Source: Gemmatimonas sp.
Lineage (GTDB): Bacteria > Gemmatimonadota > Gemmatimonadetes > Gemmatimonadales > Gemmatimonadaceae
Length of the DNA stretch: 64,000 nucleotides
Direction of reading: 5' to 3'
NCBI GenBank assembly: GCA_965279375.1
Contig: OZ257156.1
Span: forward strand, 2,560,001 to 2,624,000
In this document: positions 1-8,053 of the stretch, piece by piece
Numbering within the stretch: the first letter of the stretch is position 1
Layout of the letters: each line of letters starts with the position of its first letter
Made by a program: the position numbers and the translations under genes
Notes under the pieces: model-generated
What the model saw: only the letters and a program-made list of their open reading frames with translations
Told to the model about the DNA's origin: nothing
The model's database searches: none

Positions 1-633
1 AGTTCGGACGGGCGCCAACGATATGAAGCAGTTTCACGGAGACGTGGTTGGGGACTGTGGAGCTGCGGTTCCTTGACGGGTATGGCGACCGGCCGGTCAC
101 GGCGTCTCGGCCGTCAGCCTGTATTCTGCGTACGGCGCTCACAAGATGGCACAGTGGTTCGCCCAGATGTGGCGAGGATGCGTGCACCCCACTCTGTCGT
201 GCTCAGGTGTTGCGTCGCCGCATCAACTGGTGCTTCGTCCCATCTACATATTCGCCGAATGGCTCAGCCCGCATGTGTTCAGCGATTCATGAAAGGGCCA
301 ATGGATGAGCTCGTGCGAGCAGGCAATTAGTTACACTCCATGGACATAGCTTTGGCCTGCAGGTCAATACGACCGATTTTGAGCGGCTTTTTCACTGTCT
401 TTGTGACGTGCTCGTTCCGAAATGTGGTCGTGGAAAAGTCGCCCGCTAAGAACGCTCACGGTACGACACGCTGGCCCACGAATTGCTCCCTTCTTGGTCG
501 ACGGGCTGGGATTCTGGTTATTCGCCTCTTTGGTCGACCCCAGGCTGGCTCGCTCGATGGGCGATAGCAGTTCCGGACAGAACGGCGGCTGGCGGGTTTA
601 CTGCCAGGACAGTACGTTCTGATGGGTTCGGGG

Positions 634-650
634 CTGGGATAGCTCTGGCA
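634..650 (+). promoter_or_regulatory. Candidate sigma-54 (-24/-12) promoter of PEP-CTERM gene 1
   Basis: CTGGGATAGCTCTGGCA has GG at 636-637 and GC at 648-649 (GG-N10-GC), about 74 bp before the ATG. Imperfect match to TGGCAC-N5-TTGC. Confidence 0.4.
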
Positions 651-722
651 GTCAGTTTTGGCCTTGCTGTGGCAGGGACGTTTCAGTTCCAGTCTCAAGA
701 CACTCTCGCGGAGGAACAACAA

Positions 723-1511
723 ATGAAGTTGGGACATGTGGTTAAGGCCGGGTTGCTCGCCGGTGTGTTTGCGTCGACCGCACAGGCACAGAGCCTGACG
801 GGAACCCTGAACGGCAGCAATTTCTCGAGCCCGTCGGGCGTCGTTGGCCCGTGCGACATCGGACTTGCCCCGATTCTGGGTGTTCGCTCCTGCAACTTCG
901 CCAACAGCGTCGTGGGCGGCGGTGCGAGCATGAACGTCAACGGTGCGGCCACGGTGACGTACAACGCGGGCCTCGGCGCCTACGTTTATCGCTTGGACTA
1001 CAACTTCGCCGGCTCGGCGCAGGCCCAGCCAAACGCGAACGCGTTCGCAAGCGCGTTGTTCAGCTTCAAGGTGCCGGTCGGCGCGCAGTGGTGGACTACG
1101 GGCAAGTCGTCGATCACCACGTCGGTGACGGTTGATCGCCAGAGCGCCACCCTTCTCGGCAACGGTTCGCTGTCGTCGTTCGCCACGTCCGAGACGTTCC
1201 TCGGTGCCGCCTCGAACGGAAGCTCGGGTCTGAACCTGAACCCGGTCGCCACTGCGGTTCAGCCGATCGTTGGCGTGCCGCTCACGGTCTCCGACACGCA
1301 GTTGGCTGGCCCGAACGCGGTCAACGTGATGTTCGACCAGAACGTCGTCTCGTTCGGCTTCGACCTGATCTCGCCGTCGGATCGCTCCACGTTCTCCGGC
1401 ACGGGCTACGTTGAGTTCACGAACGTTGTTCCTGAGCCGTCCACGTACGCGCTCTTCGCCACGGGCCTCCTCGCCCTTGGTGTCGCCGCCCGTCGTCGTC
1501 GCTCGGTCTGA
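723..1511 (+). CDS. PEP-CTERM sorting domain surface protein
   Basis: Signal peptide MKLGHVVKAGLLAGVFASTAQAQ, Ser/Thr/Asn-rich body, C-terminal VVPEPSTYALFATGLLALGVAARRRRSV. GAGGA RBS upstream of ATG 723. Confidence 0.95.
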   Translation: MKLGHVVKAGLLAGVFASTAQAQSLTGTLNGSNFSSPSGVVGPCDIGLAPILGVRSCNFANSVVGGGASMNVNGAATVTYNAGLGAYVYRLDYNFAGSAQAQPNANAFASALFSFKVPVGAQWWTTGKSSITTSVTVDRQSATLLGNGSLSSFATSETFLGAASNGSSGLNLNPVATAVQPIVGVPLTVSDTQLAGPNAVNVMFDQNVVSFGFDLISPSDRSTFSGTGYVEFTNVVPEPSTYALFATGLLALGVAARRRRSV

Positions 1512-1570
1512 ACTGCTCGCGGTCTTCTGAAGATCGCGCAGTAGGCAGGACCTGAAACGAAGTAAGTAGA

Positions 1571-1610
1571 CGGGGCAGGGTCCTTCGGGATCCTGCCCCG
1601 TTCTTCTTTT
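1571..1610 (+). terminator. Rho-independent terminator with UUCG tetraloop
   Basis: CGGGGCAGGGTCC-TTCG-GGATCCTGCCCCG followed by TTCTTCTTTT. Confidence 0.85.
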
Positions 1611-1697
1611 CCGTGAACGCCGCGGGAAGACCCGACCGCCCAGTTCAGGCACGCCGATGCATGGCAGCGGCGCGAGGCTGCGCGAGCCGACGCGGGC

Positions 1698-1743
1698 AAG
1701 AAAGAACGGCCCCCCGATTCTCCGGGTGGGCCGTTCTTTGTTC
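1698..1743. terminator. Bidirectional intrinsic terminator hairpin
   Basis: AAGAAAGAACGGCCCCCCG-ATTCTC-CGGGTGGGCCGTTCTTTGTTC, with U-rich tails on both strands, between convergent genes. Confidence 0.75.
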
Positions 1744-1746
1744 GTC

Positions 1747-1855
1747 GTGGTTATCTCGTCACTCAATACGGCGCACTCCCCGTCACGGCGACTGCTTCCC
1801 GCGTTGGTTACACGCCGGAGCTGCGGGGACTGTGAGCTACAGAGACGGAACCCAC
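1747..1855 (-). ncRNA. Candidate structured RNA or structured 3' UTR downstream of the TonB-dependent receptor
   Basis: Nested pairings on the minus strand (GTCTC/GAGAT, GCTCA/TGAGT, TCCCCG/CGGGGA, GCGT/ACGC). G-U wobbles favour the minus strand. Followed by a terminator. No family recognised. Confidence 0.3.
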
Positions 1856-4026
1856 TAGCGACCGTGGCTGACGCTGAAGCTGACCGTCACGCTACGCGGC
1901 ATGCCCGGCTCGAACGCGAGCGGTGCACCGCCCACGACATCGGGATTGAGGAACGCCGAGCCGATCCAGCGACGATCGGTCAAGTTTTCGACCGTGATGA
2001 ATCCGCGCACGAACGTGTTACCCACCTGTACGAGACGATTCGCACGAATGCCCGCGCTCAAAATGTGCGACTCCGCGATGTTCACCTTGTTCGCATCATC
2101 CGCGAAGTACTTGCCCGTGCCCTGCAGTCCGAAGTTCGCACCCAACCCTAGCGGCGCCTTTGACGGCGCGAGCACCACGTTCGAGGTGTAGAACCACCCC
2201 GGGATGCCGACGATCTTGTTGCCGCTGAAGTCCGCCAGCTTGCCAGCGCGGCCATAGTGCACCGAGTCCACCACGTACTGCTCGTACGTGTTGCGCGAGA
2301 AGGTCACCGCGTTCTCGAAGCGTACGCCGCCGCGCGCATTCGCTGTCACGCCCACCTCGATACCGGCGCGACGGGCCTGTCCGGCCGTGAAGTAGAAACG
2401 ACCGCCGCGGTACGGTACGACTTCATTCGTCACGTTGGTGAGGTAGCCTGCGATGTCATACGCGACGGACGTGAACACGCCCTTGCCATCGCCGATCGTG
2501 TGCATCTGCTTGCTGCCCACTTCGTACGTCGTTGAGCGAATCGGCTCGAGCAGCGGATTGAGCGCCGTCACGGTGTCTTGCCCAAACGTGCTCGCTGGAT
2601 CGGTTTCGTTGCCTGCCGGTGCTTCGATGCCACCGCCAACAGTCGCGTAGAACGTGTGCGTCGGCGAGACGCGGTAGGACAGCGCCACCTTGGGCGTCAC
2701 GCGTGCGAAGCGCTTGCTCGCGTTGAGCTTCGGATTGATGAAGCTCTTGTAGTAATACGAAATGGCATCGCCGCGCGCGCCGAGCGTGAGCGCGAGCTTG
2801 TCTGTCAGAGAGAACTCGTCTTCGACAAAGACGCCGGAGTTATACGCGCCCTCACCCTTGTTGTCGCGGAGGTCCGTGGCACGCTTGCCGGCGGACGTGA
2901 GGCCGTAGAAAAGAATCGCGCCGTCCTGATACGCCTGATCGAGCCCCGCCGAGAAGCGATTGGCCTTGGTGCCGATCATCTCATGGCGAGTGTACTGGAC
3001 GTTGCCACCGACGTGGTAGCGCGTGAAGTCGCGGAAGGTGCCGCGCTCCGAACGCTGCAGGTACTTGGGATTGATGTATGCCGTCGTCGAGATCGACTGC
3101 GTGGCGTCGATCTGGTGCTCCAGTGAGACACCGAGGCGGCCGAGGCGATTGTAGCGTCGCTCGTCGCGCGTGTTGTACGTCGCGTTGGCCTGCTTGGGGT
3201 CCGCGGCAAGCTGCGCTGCTGACAATGGTCCCGGCACATGCGACAGGTTGTTGGCGCCCAGCAGATGCACGCGCACGAGCGTCCTGTCGCCGATCGGTGC
3301 CGCGAGGCCCGCGTTCAGAATGACGCGACGCGCATCCGAGTTCACGCGCCATCCGTCGAATGTCGTGTTGACCAGCGTGGCATAGGCGACACCCTTGCCG
3401 ATCGTCGTGCCGGCCTGCGCGATGTAGCGCTGCATACCGAAGCTGCCGCTCATCAGCTGCGCCGACATGAACGGGCGATCGATATCCGGTACGGTGGAGA
3501 TGCTCACGACACCGCCCGCAGCGTTGCCCCAGAGCGAGCTGGAATTGGAGCGGATAACGTCAATCGACTCTGCGGCACCCAGGTCGACATTGTCGAACGA
3601 CGTGCGACCATCCGGCTCCGTCTCTGGAATGCCATCCATGAGCACGCGAATGCCGCGAGAGGTGCCGGCGTTGGAGCGATCGCCGGCGCCGCGCGCGCCA
3701 AAGCCACGAATGGTGATCCGCACGTCCGACGTGCCGAATCGCGACTGCACGAGTGCCCCGGGCACGGTGCCCATGGCGTCGTTCAACCCGAAGCCGGTCT
3801 TCGCCTGCCAGTCCTTGCGCGTGATGCGCGTGATGGCGAGGGGCGCGTTGAACGACGAGACGCTCGAGCGTGTCGCGCGCACATTCATGGGCGAGAGGCG
3901 CTGAGCGCTGCTGTCGCGCGCGGTGGAGTCCTGCGGCGTGCGCACCTGCGCGTGCGCGACGGTGGACTGCAGAAGGCACATCGCGGCGCCGAGTGGCGCC
4001 GCGAGTCTGCGGGTGGCGAAGTGCAT
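1855..4026 (-). CDS. TonB-dependent outer membrane receptor
   Basis: Signal peptide ending AHAQ, plug motifs (ITIRGFG, VLMDGIP, IDVIRS, GNAAGGVV), beta-barrel, C-terminal PGMPRSVTVSFS. Start set at MHFATRR. Confidence 0.93.
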   Translation of the reverse strand: MHFATRRLAAPLGAAMCLLQSTVAHAQVRTPQDSTARDSSAQRLSPMNVRATRSSVSSFNAPLAITRITRKDWQAKTGFGLNDAMGTVPGALVQSRFGTSDVRITIRGFGARGAGDRSNAGTSRGIRVLMDGIPETEPDGRTSFDNVDLGAAESIDVIRSNSSSLWGNAAGGVVSISTVPDIDRPFMSAQLMSGSFGMQRYIAQAGTTIGKGVAYATLVNTTFDGWRVNSDARRVILNAGLAAPIGDRTLVRVHLLGANNLSHVPGPLSAAQLAADPKQANATYNTRDERRYNRLGRLGVSLEHQIDATQSISTTAYINPKYLQRSERGTFRDFTRYHVGGNVQYTRHEMIGTKANRFSAGLDQAYQDGAILFYGLTSAGKRATDLRDNKGEGAYNSGVFVEDEFSLTDKLALTLGARGDAISYYYKSFINPKLNASKRFARVTPKVALSYRVSPTHTFYATVGGGIEAPAGNETDPASTFGQDTVTALNPLLEPIRSTTYEVGSKQMHTIGDGKGVFTSVAYDIAGYLTNVTNEVVPYRGGRFYFTAGQARRAGIEVGVTANARGGVRFENAVTFSRNTYEQYVVDSVHYGRAGKLADFSGNKIVGIPGWFYTSNVVLAPSKAPLGLGANFGLQGTGKYFADDANKVNIAESHILSAGIRANRLVQVGNTFVRGFITVENLTDRRWIGSAFLNPDVVGGAPLAFEPGMPRSVTVSFSVSHGR

Positions 4027-4060
4027 GGGTGCGGAAGCGAGGGGAGGGAGGCGGGACGAG

Positions 4061-4075
4061 CATAAATTATTCATG
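4061..4075. promoter_or_regulatory. AT-rich near-palindrome upstream of the TonB receptor (candidate operator)
   Basis: CATAAAT-T-ATTCATG has 6 of 7 dyad matches, lies in GC-rich context and is 35 bp upstream of the start. Confidence 0.35.
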
Positions 4076-4122
4076 AACGCCCGACTCTGCCACCCGCGCG
4101 TTCCGCGCGATGGGTTGCTTAG

Positions 4123-5580
4123 CTAACCGTTATAGAAGTCCTGGTTCGGGCGACGGCGCGATTCCCGTTCGGCCCGCCCGTACTTGCCTTCATCGTTCCG
4201 CGAGATCTTGCGTCGGGCGACGAGCGCTTCGAGCACCAGTTCGCAGGCCACGACGATCATCGGATCGTCCCCCTTGGTGGCGAGGCCAAGCGCGACCACC
4301 GCTGAGACGAGCCCGGGAACGAGATCGAAGCCCTGGCGCACCAGGTGCAGCGGAACGTCGTCGGCCACCTGCAGAGCGCCGCCAGCGTCGAACCAGATCA
4401 CCACCTCGTCCGTATCCAGATCCCCGACGCGTTCGCGCAGCGTCGCGTCGCACGCGCGCCGGATCAGCTCCCGGGCAATCGCGGCGCCGCCGACCAGTTC
4501 CCCCTCGTACTCGAGCTCGATCTTGCCCGTGATGGCGGGAAGTGCGGCGTACACATCGGCGACGCGCGGAACGGCCTCGCTGTCGCCGGCACGCAGGGCG
4601 CGCTGCTCTGCATTCGACACGACGTTTTCCATCGCCGTGATCGGCATACGCTGCGACACGCCGGATCGCTTGTCGATGCGCTTGTCGTCGCGCGCCTCAA
4701 AGGCGACGCGCTCCACCACTTCCTCGATCAGATCGGGCACGCGAACCGGCACGCCACCGCTGCGGGTCGTCCACGACTCCTGCCGTGTGATCTGCATGCC
4801 GAGCGATACGCTTTCCGGGTAGTGCGTGATGATCTCGCTGCCGATGCGATCCTTGAGTGGCGTGATAATCTTGCCACGCGCCGTGTAGTCCTCGGGATTG
4901 GCGGTGAAGCAGAGCATCACGTCCAGGCTGAGGCGCACCGGGTAGCCTTTGATCTGGACATCGCCTTCCTGCATGATGTTGAACAGGCCCACCTGCACCT
5001 TGCCGGCGAGGTCGGGGAGTTCGTTCAGCGCGAAGATGCCGCGATTGGCGCGCGGGAGCATCCCATAGTGGATGGTCAGCTCGTCGCTGAGGATGTGACC
5101 GCCGCGCGCCGCCTTGATCGGGTCAACGTCGCCGATGATATCCGCGACGGTGACGTCGGGGGTGGCGAGCTTTTCGACGTAGCGTGCGTCTCGGCCCACC
5201 CATGCGATCGGCGTGTCGTCGCCATGTTCGGCGATGAGCTGCTTGGCGAACTTGGAGATGGGTGCGAACGGGTCGTCGTTCACTTCACTGCCGGCAACTA
5301 CCGGCATTTGCTCATCGAGCAGCGAAACCAGCGCACGGAGGATGCGCGACTTCGCCTGACCGCGGAGGCCGAGCAGAATGAAGTTGTGCTTGGCGAGGAC
5401 CGCATTGACGATCTGCGGCATGACCGTCTCTTCGTAGCCGAGCACGCCACGGAACAGCGGACCGCCCTCTCGCAGTCGCGTGATGAGGTTCCGCCGGAGT
5501 TCGTCTTTGACGCTCCCGGCGCGCGTGGTGGCGTAGTGCGAGCGGCGCAGCGCGCCGAGGGTCTCTGGCAGACGGGACAC
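4123..5580 (-). CDS. AAA+ ATPase, Mg-chelatase ChlI-like family (usually partnered with a VWA protein)
   Basis: Walker A variant GLRGQAKS, Walker B variant FALNELPDL, TANPEDYTARG, LKDRIG. GTG start at 5580. Confidence 0.85.
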   Translation of the reverse strand: MSRLPETLGALRRSHYATTRAGSVKDELRRNLITRLREGGPLFRGVLGYEETVMPQIVNAVLAKHNFILLGLRGQAKSRILRALVSLLDEQMPVVAGSEVNDDPFAPISKFAKQLIAEHGDDTPIAWVGRDARYVEKLATPDVTVADIIGDVDPIKAARGGHILSDELTIHYGMLPRANRGIFALNELPDLAGKVQVGLFNIMQEGDVQIKGYPVRLSLDVMLCFTANPEDYTARGKIITPLKDRIGSEIITHYPESVSLGMQITRQESWTTRSGGVPVRVPDLIEEVVERVAFEARDDKRIDKRSGVSQRMPITAMENVVSNAEQRALRAGDSEAVPRVADVYAALPAITGKIELEYEGELVGGAAIARELIRRACDATLRERVGDLDTDEVVIWFDAGGALQVADDVPLHLVRQGFDLVPGLVSAVVALGLATKGDDPMIVVACELVLEALVARRKISRNDEGKYGRAERESRRRPNQDFYNG

Positions 5581-5761
5581 GGGTCTGGACTGGTGTGAAG
5601 CGATCAAGGGTGCGATAGGGCAGCGTCGCACTTGGAATGTGGTTCTAGGTACAGCGCGAAAGGAGTGCAAGTTGTGCCCAGCGTCCCTCCGGGTGCTCGC
5701 GCGACGAGCGAAGATGTTTCGTCATCGGTGCTTGGGCGACGAGCCACACTCGTGCTTGGTC

Positions 5762-5789
5762 TTGACACTCGGTCTGGTTGGGGTAAATT
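5762..5789 (+). promoter_or_regulatory. Sigma-70-type promoter for the small lipoprotein
   Basis: TTGACA (5762-5767), 16 nt spacer, TAAATT (5784-5789). Confidence 0.6.
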
Positions 5790-5881
5790 CACCTCGCTTG
5801 AACCCCGTCGGTGCCAGCCGGGGGGGCCGTGCGCTTTTCCTGACGCACGGCGCATACACGCCACTGCCTCGGAGTCTCCAC

Positions 5882-6085
5882 ATGAAGCGCATTGCTCTGT
5901 TCGCCGCCGTTATCGCCCTCGCCGCCTGCTCCGCCAAGGAAGCTGCGCCTGCCGCTGATTCCGCTGCTGCCGCCGCTCCGGCGATGGCTGCTCCGGCCGA
6001 TTCGGCCGCGATGGCCGCTCCTGACACCACCAAGCACGACTCGACGGCCATGGCCGCGCCGGCTGCCGACACGACCAAGCACTAA
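5882..6085 (+). CDS. Small Ala/Pro-rich lipoprotein (67 aa)
   Basis: MKRIALFAAVIALAAC lipobox, GGAG RBS, repeated ADSAA and DTTKH motifs, own promoter and terminator. Confidence 0.85.
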   Translation: MKRIALFAAVIALAACSAKEAAPAADSAAAAAPAMAAPADSAAMAAPDTTKHDSTAMAAPAADTTKH

Positions 6086-6104
6086 GCTGGTCGGTTTGTA
6101 ACAC

Positions 6105-6146
6105 ACGCGGGGCGCATTCTTCGGAATGCGCCCCGCGTTTGCTTTT
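6105..6146 (+). terminator. Rho-independent terminator with UUCG tetraloop
   Basis: ACGCGGGGCGCATTC-TTCG-GAATGCGCCCCGCGT followed by TTGCTTTT; perfect 15-bp stem. Confidence 0.9.
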
Positions 6147-6163
6147 GTGGTCGCCGGCCGACG

Positions 6164-7267
6164 CTAGTCCGCGTCCGAAAACGGCAACTCCGTCACCTGC
6201 GCAAGCACGCGTCGGCCCTCTACCTCCACCGACACCTCGGCTCCGGAGGGCACTTCGCGGCGAATCATCGCGATCGCGATCGGACCCAATCGCGGCGACA
6301 CCGCCGAACTGCGCACATCGCCTACGACCTTGCCGGACGCGTCGGTCACGGTGGCACCTGCGGGCAGGGGCGCTGTACCGAGCAGGCCGCGCAAATGCCG
6401 ATTCACGTGCCCGCGAAAATGAATGCGCGCCACGGTCTCCTGCCCGGTGTAGCATCCTTTCGTGAAGGAGATCGCGCCCAGCGTGTCCAGGTTCGCCTCC
6501 TGCGGCAGCGTGCTTTCGTCCATGTCCACGCCCCACGCGGGCCTTCCACCCTCTATGCGCGCGACGTTCCACACGTTGCGGGAGCCGTGCGCCGAAGCGG
6601 AGGCCTCAAGTCGCGCCTGAATGATCGGCGCATCGGAGGCGCTCGCCATCAGCAGGAAGCCGGGAAGCGATCCCATCAACGGTGCGCGGATCAGTCGCAC
6701 CGACGCGGGTCCGAGATTCCACGGTCCATGCCGCCAAACTGGCCACTCCGAAAGCGCCGAGATCATGACGTCGCCGAGGTTCTCGGCGGTTGCACCAGCT
6801 CCCCCCAGCAGCGCGATCGCGCGCGGTGCCCGCGCGCCGTAGAGCATCCACGTTGCGTACGCGTCGCCTTCGTCGGTAAGGCGTGCCAGGCGCGGATTGA
6901 TGTACTTCCGCGCGAGCGACAACCAGGTCTCGTTCGCCGATGGCAACATGCCGACAAAGAATGTCTGCTCATCCTCGCGGACGACGAGCATGTCTGCGAT
7001 GACCTTACCCTTGGGTGAGAGCGCGGCTGCGTGCAAGCCGTCGCCCGCTACCATGGCCGCCACGTCGTTCGTCACGAGTCCATTGAGCGCTTCGGCGGCC
7101 TGCGGGCCGTGCAAACGACTCCATCGCACACGAGACTCGCACCACATCGCGTTCGTTCGGAGCGCGCGATATGCCGCCGTCTCCTCCGGCGTAAGCACTG
7201 GCGGCGGAATCAACGGCGCACGACTCACTTCGACCGGCGGTGCGTGCACTTCGCTCGATTCGTCCAT
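6164..7267 (-). CDS. ygfZ: Folate-binding protein YgfZ (GcvT family)
   Basis: Signature KGCYTGQE motif. GGAG RBS before MDESSEV. Confidence 0.92.
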   Translation of the reverse strand: MDESSEVHAPPVEVSRAPLIPPPVLTPEETAAYRALRTNAMWCESRVRWSRLHGPQAAEALNGLVTNDVAAMVAGDGLHAAALSPKGKVIADMLVVREDEQTFFVGMLPSANETWLSLARKYINPRLARLTDEGDAYATWMLYGARAPRAIALLGGAGATAENLGDVMISALSEWPVWRHGPWNLGPASVRLIRAPLMGSLPGFLLMASASDAPIIQARLEASASAHGSRNVWNVARIEGGRPAWGVDMDESTLPQEANLDTLGAISFTKGCYTGQETVARIHFRGHVNRHLRGLLGTAPLPAGATVTDASGKVVGDVRSSAVSPRLGPIAIAMIRREVPSGAEVSVEVEGRRVLAQVTELPFSDAD

Positions 7268-7408
7268 CTCACTCTCCTGACTCCATCGTCTCCTGCGGCG
7301 CTCACTCCGCCGCAGCGCCTCGCCGTAGCGCGATCTCTCCGTTGCCCATTCCCAACACCGCATCGGCGGCAACACATCCGGAATCGAACCTCGCCAACCA
7401 ATCGCGCG

Positions 7409-8041
7409 CTATCGAAGGCTGCTGTCAGCCGGAGTGTCCTTCAGTGCTTCGACCAGTTGGACGGTGGATGCAAACGAGCGCGCGCATGCCGCGCCGACCA
7501 CGTCACATTCATAAGCGACGCACCGCTCCGGCGCTACACGGAGCGCCTCGAGCCGACCCGCAATCGCGCGCCAGCTCTGGGGCAGTGATGCCACGCCGAT
7601 GGCGCGCGGGAGGTCGTCGGCGCATCGCACGAAGGCCAGCAACTCATCGAGTCCTGAAAGTTGAAGCAATCGCTCCACCTCCCGGCGCGCACTGTCCGCC
7701 CGCAGCACAATCCGCTCGCCGGCGAGGGCACGCGCCCGAAGCCAGCTCGCGGCGTCCGGCTGCAGGGGGATGCCCTGCTGCACCATGCCGCTGTACGCGC
7801 GCCGCGCACGCAGCACGGTCAGATCGCGAGTCGTCGCGTCTACCTGCGTCGGCAGCGCGGCCTCGATCGCCTCTTCGAGCGAGCGGCCGGCCAGCAACGG
7901 CATCGCCTCCTCGATCGCGCACGGCGCGAATTCGGCGCTGACCGCCTCCGAAAGGGCGAGACCACGGGCGGCCCGTGTGTCCACCACGAGTCCGTCAAAC
8001 GCGACGACGATGGCGCCGCGCTGTGCCGGAGTGCCGATCAC
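7409..8041 (-). CDS. HAD-superfamily hydrolase-like protein with degenerate catalytic motifs
   Basis: HAD fold pattern (IVVAFDGLVVDT ... PERCVAYECDVVG). The motif I nucleophile Asp is replaced by Ala. Confidence 0.75.
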   Translation of the reverse strand: MIGTPAQRGAIVVAFDGLVVDTRAARGLALSEAVSAEFAPCAIEEAMPLLAGRSLEEAIEAALPTQVDATTRDLTVLRARRAYSGMVQQGIPLQPDAASWLRARALAGERIVLRADSARREVERLLQLSGLDELLAFVRCADDLPRAIGVASLPQSWRAIAGRLEALRVAPERCVAYECDVVGAACARSFASTVQLVEALKDTPADSSLR

Positions 8042-8053
8042 CTGCGTGCCTGT

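Noticed and set aside
1..480. Short ORFs (48-308, 73-330, 340-567) in a lower-GC stretch
   Set aside because: No RBS, motif or codon bias support. Probably intergenic or belonging to a gene outside the window.
1506..1570. Hammerhead-like words CTGAAGA ... GAAAC after PEP-CTERM gene 1
   Set aside because: Stems I-III cannot be formed properly. CTGAAGA lies inside a simple hairpin (1512-1542).
456..1766. 436-aa minus-strand ORF
   Set aside because: Antisense shadow of the PEP-CTERM gene, and it runs through terminator hairpins.
7268..7408. GGTTCGATTCC (tRNA T-loop-like) and GGAGAGA (glycine-riboswitch-like) upstream of ygfZ on the minus strand
   Set aside because: The T-stem does not pair and there is no cloverleaf. 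The riboswitch core GCCGAAG and CTCTCAGG elements are missing.
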